DNA from: Mitsuokella multacida
GTDB taxonomy: Bacteria; Bacillota; Negativicutes; Selenomonadales; Selenomonadaceae
DNA: 64,000 bases
Assembly: GCA_047831595.1 (NCBI GenBank)
Contig: CP181253.1
Coordinates: forward strand, 1,555,112 to 1,619,111
Reading direction: 5' to 3'
This document shows positions 25,151 through 33,311 of the stretch, in pieces. The notes below the pieces were generated by a model. It saw nothing but the letters and a program-made list of their open reading frames with translations, did no database searches and was not told the origin of the DNA. Position 1 is the stretch's first letter; each line of letters opens with the position of its first letter. The position numbers were made by a program, and so were the translations under genes.

Positions 25151-26095
25151 TTAGACCGTAAAATCTCCTGACGGCGTACGTTCTGCCGCAGCTGTTCCCC
25201 GGTTTGACGAAAGCAGCTCCAGCAGACGCTCGAGGTCATCTTCTGAGTAGAACTCAATCTCGATACGGCTCTTTTTTTTGCCGGAACGGATATTGACCTT
25301 CGTGCCAAAGAACTCGTGCAGGCGGTTCTCCGCTTCCTGATAAAAAGCATCGGCCTGCTTCTCCTCTGGCTGTTTCGCCTTTTTTTCCTCTTTATCCGCT
25401 AAGGTCTGCAGATAAGCGGGGTCTTCCAGCAGTTTATGCACCAGCTCTTCTGCCTGACGCGAGGAAAGCGACTTCTCGAGGATATAGTCAGCGGCCTCAA
25501 GCTGCTGTTCTTTATCCTTGAGCGCGAGCAGCGGCCGTGCCTGTCCCATATGAATATCCCCGGCAATCAGCATATCCTGAATGCCTTCGGCAAGGTCCAA
25601 AAGGCGCAGGGAATTGGCGATATGCGGGCGGCTGCGGCCGACTTTCTTGGCGAGCATGTCCTGCGTCAGCTCAAAATTCTTCATGAGAAACGCATACGCC
25701 TCTGCCTCTTCAATGATGTTGAGGTTTTCGCGCTGGATATTCTCGATGAGGGCAATCTCGCTGATTTCGGCATCGTTATATTCTCTCACAAGTGCAGGTA
25801 CTTTTTCAAGTCCTGCCTGACGCGCAGCGCGCAGACGGCGTTCACCGGCGATGAGTTCATAGCCTTTTTCCGGCAGACGGCGCACGATGAGCGGCTGCAG
25901 GATGCCATACTGCTTGATGGATTCTGCTAAATCCTGCAGGGCGTTTTCATCAAAATTCTGCCGCGGCTGATAGCGGTTGGCCTGAATTTCCGCAGCGGGA
26001 ATTTCCTGTACCTGGTCCTTGGCCGGCGTGATTTCACGGTTCTTAAGAAGTGCGCCGAGCCCCTTGCCGAGGCCCCCATGAGCCTTATTTGCCAT
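25151..26095 (-). CDS. parB: Chromosome partitioning protein ParB/Spo0J
   Basis: GLGKGLGALL, the IAGERRLRAA (CTP-binding GERR box) motif and an HTH region. It overlaps the parA stop codon. Confidence 0.9.
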   Translation of the reverse strand: MANKAHGGLGKGLGALLKNREITPAKDQVQEIPAAEIQANRYQPRQNFDENALQDLAESIKQYGILQPLIVRRLPEKGYELIAGERRLRAARQAGLEKVPALVREYNDAEISEIALIENIQRENLNIIEEAEAYAFLMKNFELTQDMLAKKVGRSRPHIANSLRLLDLAEGIQDMLIAGDIHMGQARPLLALKDKEQQLEAADYILEKSLSSRQAEELVHKLLEDPAYLQTLADKEEKKAKQPEEKQADAFYQEAENRLHEFFGTKVNIRSGKKKSRIEIEFYSEDDLERLLELLSSNRGTAAAERTPSGDFTV

Positions 26096-26867
26096 GAGCC
26101 ATCACCTCTTCTGCCAGTTTCATATACGTATCCGTGCCTTTCGAGCGCTTATCGTAATAAAGGATAGGTTCACCGTAGGACGGAGCCTCGCTGAGGCGCA
26201 CCGTGCGCGGAATCATCGTCTGGTAGACGAGCTCGCCAAAATTCTCCCGGACCTCGGCTACGACCTGTTCGGCCAGACGCGTGCGGCCGTCGTACATCGT
26301 CATGAGCACGCCTTCTACCTCAAGGTGCGGATTAAGATTTGTGCGCACGAGTTCAATCGTGTTCATGAGCTGGGATACGCCTTCGAGCGCATAGAATTCA
26401 CACTGTATCGGCATGAGTACCGAATCCGCCGCGGCCAGCGAATTGAGCGTCAAAAGACCAAGCGACGGTGGGCAGTCAATGAGGATATAATCATAGTCAT
26501 CCACGATTGGCTCTAAAGCGCGTTTGAGGCGTGTCTCACGCGAAATGGCCGCAACCAGTTCCACTTCTGCACCGGCCAGCTCGATATTCGCCGGCAGCAC
26601 ATCGACGCCAAAATCCGTCTTGATGATAGCGTCATGCACATCAGCGCCATTGATGATGACCTGATAGATAGTCGTATCGAGTGCAGATTTATCAATGCCA
26701 TAACCACTCGAGGCATTGCCCTGCGGGTCGCAGTCAACGAGCAGGACTTTCTTTCCCTTCGCCGCCAGACAGGCCGCGAGATTCACCGATGTCGTCGTCT
26801 TGCCGACCCCGCCCTTCTGATTGGCTACCGCAATAATCTTTGCCACGAACTTCACCACTTTCTTCAT
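26085..26867 (-). CDS. parA: Chromosome partitioning ATPase ParA/Soj
   Basis: Deviant Walker A motif KIIAVANQKGGVGKTTTSVNLAA. The start is uncertain: ATG 26867, GTG 26846 or the track start 26897. Confidence 0.9.
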   Translation of the reverse strand: MKKVVKFVAKIIAVANQKGGVGKTTTSVNLAACLAAKGKKVLLVDCDPQGNASSGYGIDKSALDTTIYQVIINGADVHDAIIKTDFGVDVLPANIELAGAEVELVAAISRETRLKRALEPIVDDYDYILIDCPPSLGLLTLNSLAAADSVLMPIQCEFYALEGVSQLMNTIELVRTNLNPHLEVEGVLMTMYDGRTRLAEQVVAEVRENFGELVYQTMIPRTVRLSEAPSYGEPILYYDKRSKGTDTYMKLAEEVMAHGK

Positions 26868-27055
26868 ATATTGGTTCAATGATTCAAACTTCAGCATAAC
26901 GATGTATGCCCATCATGTAAACAATCACACAGAATTCCTTGTAAAAGACTGCCAGAATCAGTATAATTGTTACATTGTAACATTTAGATGAGTGTCAGAC
27001 TCGCACTGACTGCTCGTTTCCTTATATCATAATATGAAATCGTGAAAAATGCCAT

Positions 27056-27071
27056 TGTTTCACGTGAAACA
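27056..27071. other. parS: parS site (perfect 16-bp core)
   Basis: TGTTTCACGTGAAACA in the divergent parA / metH-activation-domain intergenic region. Confidence 0.85.
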
Positions 27072-27100
27072 TTTTAAATTTTTGCAGGGAGGTCGATACT

Positions 27101-27784
27101 ATGCCCGTCTACAATGCCCCGCTCTTACAGATTGACCCGAAGGAGACACGCCGTTATGCCGGTCTCATGCGTGCCAAGAATTTTGACGAACACCTGATTG
27201 AAGAGGCCTGTCAGGATGCCAGACTCTTAGCCGAGCCGCGCGGTATTTGGCAGCTGTACGATTACGACTGTGAAAACCAGATTGTCAAGGCAGAGCCGCC
27301 GTTCCATATTGAAGGCAGGAAAATCGGCAAACACCTTGCCGGCTGCGATAAGGTCATTCTCCTCGCCGTTACCGTAGGCGATGGCATCGAAGAGATGGTC
27401 ACGAAGCGTTTTTCTGAGGGAGAATATGCTTCAAGCGTGCTGTTAGATGCCGCGGCGACGACCGCCGTCGAGCAGCTGGCCGACGGCATGGAAAAAGCCA
27501 TCAAGCCGAAAATGGCCGCACAGGGCTACGGCATGCGCTGGCGTTTTAGCCCCGGCTACGGCGACTGGCCGCTCGAACAGCAGCCAGAGCTCATCCGTAC
27601 AACAAAATGCGAGACAATTGGCATCTCACTGTCCGAATCCAAAATGCTCGTGCCGCGCAAGAGCGTCACAGCCATCATCGGTTTATATAAGGAAGTCAAA
27701 GGTACAGAAAATCTTCAGCACTCCCCCAACGGCTGTGCAGCCTGTGATAAAATCGACTGCCCCTCGCGCAAACCGCTGAAATGA
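27101..27784 (+). CDS. Stand-alone B12-dependent methionine synthase activation (reactivation/AdoMet-binding) domain protein
   Basis: 227 aa. Its N-terminus (..IDPKETRRYAGL..) and its position directly upstream of an activation-domain-less metH match the split MetH arrangement common in anaerobic Firmicutes. Confidence 0.65.
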   Translation: MPVYNAPLLQIDPKETRRYAGLMRAKNFDEHLIEEACQDARLLAEPRGIWQLYDYDCENQIVKAEPPFHIEGRKIGKHLAGCDKVILLAVTVGDGIEEMVTKRFSEGEYASSVLLDAAATTAVEQLADGMEKAIKPKMAAQGYGMRWRFSPGYGDWPLEQQPELIRTTKCETIGISLSESKMLVPRKSVTAIIGLYKEVKGTENLQHSPNGCAACDKIDCPSRKPLK

Positions 27785-27899
27785 TGTACTGAGAAAAAAC
27801 AAAGTATATTGACATCAAATTCATACTAAATTAATATGTATATATAATAATTTAGTTTTTTACACTGAATGATACAGACTACCTGAAGGAGTTTTTGCC

Positions 27900-30278
27900 A
27901 TGATTCATATTTTTGATGGCGCCATGGGCACCATGCTGCAGGCCGGCGGTCTTGAGCCCGGCGGCTGCCCCGAACTCATGAATATCGAACACCCCGAAGT
28001 TGTGCAGGGCATACATGAGGCCTATATCGAAGCCGGTGCGACCATCATTGAGACGAATACCTTCGGTGCCAGCCGTCTCAAGCTCGACCATTATGGCCTC
28101 GAGGACCGCGTCGCAGAACTCAATACTGCCGCCGTGCAGATTGCCAAAAAAGCCGCCGGCACGCGCGCCAAAATCGCCGGTTCCATGGGGCCGACAGGCC
28201 GTTTCATCAGTCCGCTCGGCGACCTCGACTTTGAAGAGGCCTATGAAAGCTTTAAAGAGCAGGCCTCAGCCCTCGCCAAAGCCGGCGTCGACTTTTTCAT
28301 CATCGAGACCTGCATCGACATTCAGGAAATGCGCGCTGCCCTGCTCGCTGCCAAGGAAGTGGCTCCAAAAATTCCCGTCATCTGCCAGCTGACCTACAGC
28401 GACGACGGCCGTACCGTCACGGGCACCGACCCGCAGTCGGCTGCCATCATCCTCTCGCATATGGGCGCAGACATCATCGGCGTCAACTGCTCGCTTGGAC
28501 CGGAGCAGCTCGTACCGATTGTCAAGATTCTCGCCGAAAACTGCAGCTGCCCGATAAGCGTGCAGCCAAATGCCGGCATGCCGCAGCTCGTCGACGGCGT
28601 AACGCATTTTCCCATGGGACCAGAGGATTTCGGCAGCTGGGCCCCGAAGCTGCTCGCTGCCGGCGCCACGTACATCGGCGGCTGCTGCGGCACGACACCG
28701 GCCCATATCAAGGCCGTGGCCGCAGCCCTCAAAGACGCAAAAGAACCGGAACGCCCCAAACAGCCAAAACGTCTGTGGCTTGCGAGCCGCAGCAAATCCG
28801 TCTGCGTCGATAAAGAGCTGCCGACCGTGCTGATTGGCGAACGCATCAATCCGACGGGCCGCAAAAAACTCGCCGCGGAAATCCGCGAAGGCTCCCTGCT
28901 GTCCGTCAAGAAAGAAGCCGTCAATCAGGTCAAGGCAGGAGCAAGACTGCTCGATGTCAACATGGGCGTGGCCGGCATTGACGCCGTAAAAGCCATGAAA
29001 CAAGCCGTGACCGAGATTGCCCAGCTCACCGATGCCCCGCTCGTCATCGATACGAGCGACCCTGCAGCCCTCGAAGCCGGCCTGCGCGCTTATCCGGGCC
29101 GCGCTCTCATCAACTCTGTCACAGCAGAAGATGACCGCATCAAGGGCTTCCTGCCGCTTGCCAAAAAATACGGCGCAGCAATTCTCTGCCTGCCCATCAC
29201 CGAAGACGGCGTACCGAAAACGGCCGCAGAACGCCTCAAAGCCGAAAAATTCATCATCGCCAAGGCCAAAAAGCAGGGCCTTGACGACGGCGATTTCCTG
29301 CTCGATGCCCTCGTCATGACTGTTTCCGCCGATAAAAATGCCTGCCGCGAGGTCTTAAAAACCCTGCAGCTCTACCGCGAGCACCTCGGCTATCCTTCGA
29401 CCATGGGGCTTTCCAATATCTCCTTTGGCCTGCCGAACCGTCCGCTCATCAACAGCACCTTCTTTGCCATGTGCCTCGCCGCCGGCCTCGATGCGCCAAT
29501 CATGAACCCGTATGATGAATCCATGCAGAAAGCCCTCAAGGCCAGCGCCGCCCTCCTCGGCCATGACCCCTGCGGCCTCGCCTTCAGTCAGGACGAAGCC
29601 AATCTCGCCGTGCCGAAAAAAGCGGCTGTCATGAAGACGACCGACCTGCCCATCCTCGATGCCATCAAGCAGGCTGTCATCGAAGGTGAAAAGGACATCA
29701 TCGTCGGCCTCGTCGTGCAGGCTCTGCAGGAAGGCAAGACCGGCAACGAAATCACCGAAAAAGGCCTGACCGCCGCCATGACAGAAATCGGCGAGGACTT
29801 CGGCTCCGGCCGCATGTTCCTGCCTCAGGTCCTTTTGTCCGCCGAAACCATGCGCGCGGCCTTCAATAAACTCAAAGAACTCATCCCCGCCAGTGCCGAA
29901 GCCGACAAAGGCACCTTCATCATCGCGACCGTCAAGGGCGATGTCCATGACCTCGGCAAAAACATCACCGGTGCCCTGCTCGCCAACTCCGGCTTCAAAG
30001 TCATCGACCTCGGCAAAGACGTCGATGCCGATACCATCGTCGATGCAGCCTTAAAACAGAACGCCGATATCGTCGGCCTCGCCGCCCTCATGACGACGAC
30101 CATGCCGCAGATTGACAAGGTCATCGACAAGCTCCATAAAAAAGGCGCCCGTGCCAAAGTCATGATTGGCGGTGCCGCCGTCACCCAGGATTACGCTGAT
30201 TCCTGCGGCGCCGATGCCTACGCCGCCGACGGCGTCAAAGCCGTAAAGCTCGCCAAGGCTATTGTGGGAGCTGAATAA
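27900..30278 (+). CDS. metH: Methionine synthase MetH core (Hcy S-methyltransferase + pterin-binding + B12-binding domains, no activation domain)
   Basis: FDGAMGTML..GGCCGTTP (Hcy domain), pterin-binding region, and the cobalamin DxHxxG motif (GDVHDLGKNI) with GLAALMTTTM. Confidence 0.9.
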   Translation: MIHIFDGAMGTMLQAGGLEPGGCPELMNIEHPEVVQGIHEAYIEAGATIIETNTFGASRLKLDHYGLEDRVAELNTAAVQIAKKAAGTRAKIAGSMGPTGRFISPLGDLDFEEAYESFKEQASALAKAGVDFFIIETCIDIQEMRAALLAAKEVAPKIPVICQLTYSDDGRTVTGTDPQSAAIILSHMGADIIGVNCSLGPEQLVPIVKILAENCSCPISVQPNAGMPQLVDGVTHFPMGPEDFGSWAPKLLAAGATYIGGCCGTTPAHIKAVAAALKDAKEPERPKQPKRLWLASRSKSVCVDKELPTVLIGERINPTGRKKLAAEIREGSLLSVKKEAVNQVKAGARLLDVNMGVAGIDAVKAMKQAVTEIAQLTDAPLVIDTSDPAALEAGLRAYPGRALINSVTAEDDRIKGFLPLAKKYGAAILCLPITEDGVPKTAAERLKAEKFIIAKAKKQGLDDGDFLLDALVMTVSADKNACREVLKTLQLYREHLGYPSTMGLSNISFGLPNRPLINSTFFAMCLAAGLDAPIMNPYDESMQKALKASAALLGHDPCGLAFSQDEANLAVPKKAAVMKTTDLPILDAIKQAVIEGEKDIIVGLVVQALQEGKTGNEITEKGLTAAMTEIGEDFGSGRMFLPQVLLSAETMRAAFNKLKELIPASAEADKGTFIIATVKGDVHDLGKNITGALLANSGFKVIDLGKDVDADTIVDAALKQNADIVGLAALMTTTMPQIDKVIDKLHKKGARAKVMIGGAAVTQDYADSCGADAYAADGVKAVKLAKAIVGAE

Positions 30279-30287
30279 TAGTGTCAC

Positions 30288-30545
30288 ATCGTGGCAGGGG
30301 CGGCGGGGCATATTTCGGCTTCGTCACTCCGTTAAATGGGACCTATGCTTATTACAGAGCTTTTGTCCATTCGCCGCCTGCCGCGGCGTTCTTACATCGC
30401 CCTCTTCCGAAAATTTCTGCTCAGGTCCCATCCCTGCGGGCAGTCACTGCGCTCCTGCAGGCGAAATATGCCCCGCCGCCCTAGTTCATGCTGTCCCGCG
30501 CAACGAGAGCAGTAGCCATCGAAGCCGAAATATATGCCCCGCCCC
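30288..30545. repeat. GC-rich hairpin repeat element, long form (E1), directly after the metH stop codon
   Basis: The arms GGGCGGCGGGGCATATTTCG (30298..30317) and CGAAATATGCCCCGCCGCCC (30462..30481) are perfectly complementary over 20 bp and lie 144 nt apart. An extra right-arm-like copy lies at 30520..30545. Conserved flanks ATCGTGGCAG and TAGTTNATGCTNTC are shared with the element at 56956..57026. Confidence 0.7.
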
Positions 30546-30575
30546 TTTGCAAAACGTACCTTATTCCACGAATAA

Positions 30576-30625
30576 AAACGGAGCCCGCTCCCCCATCATC
30601 ATGGTGGGAAGCGAGCTCCGTTATT
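30576..30625 (-). terminator. Rho-independent terminator after pfkA
   Basis: Minus strand: AACGGAGCTCGCTTCCCACC-N7-GGGGGAGCGGGCTCCGTT (imperfect) followed by TTTTATT. Confidence 0.7.
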
Positions 30626-30649
30626 TTATCCGTATAACCTGAAACTGAA

Positions 30650-31612
30650 TCAGAACAGGACCTTTGCCAGATGCAGATAATCCGGGTCGAGGATTTTCTT
30701 ATTGTTGACAGCATCGTGCAGGTCAATCGAAACGACGCGGCCCTTGCTGTAGCCAAAGACGATATCGGAAAGGCCCGAAATCAGAGCGAGGGCAGCCTGC
30801 TCACCGAGCTGGCTGGCGCGGACGCGGTCGATGACCGACGGCGAGCCGCCGCGCTGGATGTGGCCGAGAACCGATACACGCGTATCGAGCTTCGTCTTTT
30901 CGGCAATGTACTGGCCGATTTCCTGACCGGAACCGGCACCTTCTGCCACGACGACGAGGATATAGCGCTTGCCCTTCTTATACGCTTCCGACATATTCTC
31001 GCAGATAGCATCGAGGTCGTATTCCTCTTCCGGTACGAGGATGTACTCAGCACCGCCCGAAATGCCCGAGACGAGTGCGAGCCAGCCGCAGTTGCGGCCC
31101 ATGACCTCGAGGACGATGACACGGCGGTGTGCCGAAGCCGTATCACGCAGTTTGTTGATGGCATCGATAATCGTGTTGGCAGCCGTATCGCAGCCAATCG
31201 TGTAGTCGGAACCCCAGACATCGTTGTCAATCGTGCCCGGCAGACCGACAATCGGCATGCCCGTTTCCTTCGAAAGCAGCGATGCACCGCGCAGCGAGCC
31301 GTCACCGCCGATAATGCAGAGGCCCTCAATGCCGCGGTCCGTCAGATGCTTATATCCCATCATGCGGCCTTCCGGCGTCTTCCAGCGTTTGCAGCGTGCC
31401 GTGCCGAGGAACGTACCACCACGCTGGATGATATCACTGACGTCCTTGGACTGCATCTCAAACATATCCTCTTCCAGCAGACCATGGTAGCCGCCGCGGA
31501 TGCCCCATACCTTGACACCCTCGTACAGTGCAGTACGAACGACAGCACGAGCTGCTGCGTTCATGCCTGGGCTGTCGCCGCCGCTGGTCAATACTGCAAT
31601 ACTTTTCAACAT
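30650..31612 (-). CDS. pfkA: ATP-dependent 6-phosphofructokinase
   Basis: ORF 30650..32008 trimmed to ATG 31612 (AAGGGGGA RBS). MLKSIAVLTSGGDSPGMNAAARAVVR.., IGGDGS, PGTIDND and MGR motifs are present. Confidence 0.9.
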   Translation of the reverse strand: MLKSIAVLTSGGDSPGMNAAARAVVRTALYEGVKVWGIRGGYHGLLEEDMFEMQSKDVSDIIQRGGTFLGTARCKRWKTPEGRMMGYKHLTDRGIEGLCIIGGDGSLRGASLLSKETGMPIVGLPGTIDNDVWGSDYTIGCDTAANTIIDAINKLRDTASAHRRVIVLEVMGRNCGWLALVSGISGGAEYILVPEEEYDLDAICENMSEAYKKGKRYILVVVAEGAGSGQEIGQYIAEKTKLDTRVSVLGHIQRGGSPSVIDRVRASQLGEQAALALISGLSDIVFGYSKGRVVSIDLHDAVNNKKILDPDYLHLAKVLF

Positions 31613-31755
31613 AATGGAAGTCCCCCTTGAATTGAGAATTGCTAGCGTTTTTGATTGAATCAACGTCATAACATGACATTTACCATTTTTTATAATACCA
31701 TAAAAAGGCCGAAGAAAACAGGGATACTGGTAACTTTTTCGGACCAGACGAAATC

Positions 31756-31784
31756 TTGACAAACCCCCGTGATAATGATAGATT
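31756..31784 (+). promoter_or_regulatory. Promoter (TTGACA-17-TAGATT) for the ZTP riboswitch / purH-like unit
   Basis: TTGACA at 31756..31761, a 17-nt spacer, then TAGATT at 31779..31784. Confidence 0.55.
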
Positions 31785-31794
31785 TTAATTAGAT

Positions 31795-31888
31795 GCTGTG
31801 CAACTGACGGAAGTGGATGACCACAGGGAGCACAGGGAAGAAGAGCCGACCGTCTGGGCACCGCCTGGATTTGTGTCGGCCTTTTTGT
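31795..31888 (+). promoter_or_regulatory. ZTP (ZMP/ZTP, pfl-motif) riboswitch with a terminator-type expression platform
   Basis: P1 is CTGTGC..GCACAG. It encloses AACTGACGGAAGTGGatgaCCACAGGGA, followed by a linker and GCCGACCGTCTGGGCA. Both conserved blocks closely match my recollection of the crystallised Fusobacterium ulcerans ZTP aptamer (..GACUGACGGAACGUGG..CCAC.. and GCCGACCGUCUGGGCG). GCCGAC..GTCGGC plus CTTTTTGT (to 31888) can form a competing terminator. Confidence 0.8.
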
Positions 31889-31907
31889 ATGGAAAAAAGG
31901 AGTATAG

Positions 31908-33086
31908 GTGAAAATGAAAGAACTGGAACTCAAATACGGATGCAACCCGAACCAGAAACCGGCCCGCGTTTTCATGGAAAAAGGTGAACTGCCCTTCGAG
32001 GTCCTCAATGGCCGTCCGGGCTACATCAATCTGCTCGATGCCATGAACAGCTGGCAGCTTGTCCGCGAACTGCGCGAGGCTACGGGTCTGCCGGCAGCTG
32101 CCTCTTTCAAGCATGTCAGCCCGGCTGGTGCTGCTGTCGCCGTTCCCCTCTCCGAGACGCTGCAGAAAGTCTATTTCGTTGAAGGCGTCGAGCTTTCCCC
32201 GATTGCCACGGCTTATATCCGTGCCCGCGGCGCTGACCGCATGAGCTCCTACGGCGATTTCGTCGCCCTGTCCGATGAATGCGATGCCCAGACGGCTTCG
32301 TTCCTCAAACGCGAAGTTTCCGACGGCATCATCGCTCCGTCGTATTCGCCGGAGGCTCTCGAAATCCTCAAATCAAAACGCAAGGGCACGTACCTGATTC
32401 TGCAGATGGACCCTTCGTATGAGCCGGAAGAATTTGAACGCAAACAGGTCTTCGGCGTCACGTTTGAACAGAAGCGCAACGATGTCAAGATTACGGAAGA
32501 CTGCCTCAAGGATATTGCGACGAAGAACCACGACCTGCCCGAAAGCGCGAAGCGCGACCTGCTGATTGCCCTGATTACACTCAAGTACACGCAGTCCAAC
32601 TCCGTCTGCTACACGAAGGACGGCCAGGCCATCGGCATCGGCGCCGGTCAGCAGAGCCGCGTTCACTGCACGCGCCTCGCCGGCACGAAGGCCGACAACT
32701 GGTTCCTGCGCCAGAGCCCGCAGGTCCTGAACCTCCCGTTCAAACCGGAAGTGCGCCGTCCGGACCGCGACAACGCCATCGACGTCTACATCGGCGAAGA
32801 ATGGGAAGACCTGCTCGAGACCGATGACTGGAAACGCGTCTTCACAGAAAAACCGCCGGTCTTCACGCGCGAAGAAAAGAAAGCCTGGCTCAAGAAAGAG
32901 ACGGGCGTCTCCCTTGGCTCTGATGCCTTCTTCCCGTTTGGCGACAATATCGAGCGCGCCCACAAGAGCGGCGTAACCTACGTTGCCCAGACGGGCGGCT
33001 CCATCCGCGATGACAATGTCATCGAGACGGCCGATAAATACAACATGACGATGGCCATGACGCACATTCGCCTGTTCCATCACTGA
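31908..33086 (+). CDS. purH: AICAR transformylase-domain protein (PurH-like, lacking the IMP cyclohydrolase/MGS domain)
   Basis: KYGCNPNQKPARVF..SFKHVSPAGAAV..GIGAGQQSRVHC..SDAFFPF.DNIE.A...GV..V.QTGGSIRD are AICARFT signatures. The length is about 390 aa. The start is GTG 31908 or ATG 31914. Confidence 0.8.
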   Translation: MKMKELELKYGCNPNQKPARVFMEKGELPFEVLNGRPGYINLLDAMNSWQLVRELREATGLPAAASFKHVSPAGAAVAVPLSETLQKVYFVEGVELSPIATAYIRARGADRMSSYGDFVALSDECDAQTASFLKREVSDGIIAPSYSPEALEILKSKRKGTYLILQMDPSYEPEEFERKQVFGVTFEQKRNDVKITEDCLKDIATKNHDLPESAKRDLLIALITLKYTQSNSVCYTKDGQAIGIGAGQQSRVHCTRLAGTKADNWFLRQSPQVLNLPFKPEVRRPDRDNAIDVYIGEEWEDLLETDDWKRVFTEKPPVFTREEKKAWLKKETGVSLGSDAFFPFGDNIERAHKSGVTYVAQTGGSIRDDNVIETADKYNMTMAMTHIRLFHH

Positions 33087-33116
33087 TATTTCACGGATAT
33101 TTCACGAGAAGAACAC

Positions 33117-33147
33117 GAGCCCCGGTCCAGCAGGCCGGGGCTCTTTT
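33117..33147 (+). terminator. Rho-independent terminator after the purH-like gene
   Basis: GAGCCCCGG-N7-CCGGGGCTC followed by TTTT. Confidence 0.75.
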
Positions 33148-33311
33148 ATGCGCCGGGATTTTTGTCGCCATGAGCCAGAGCTGAGCGATATGCAAAATTC
33201 GAATAAGTCTTTTACCATTGCCCCCACTTGCGCTACAATAGGGAGTAGAATATATGAGTATACTGCGGCAACACATGCCGTAACCTGCGCGATGAGAAAT
33301 GAGGCGATTGT

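Noticed and set aside
30262-30642. The 126-aa ORF (and the 67-aa ORF at 30281..30484) downstream of metH as a protein-coding gene.
   Set aside because: There is no RBS, and the composition is dominated by the GC-rich hairpin repeat arms. The region is better explained as a structured repeat or RNA.
31651-31663. TTGATTGAATCAA as an FNR/CRP box.
   Set aside because: The half-sites are right, but the spacer is 3 nt rather than 4. It is kept only as a low-interest palindrome.
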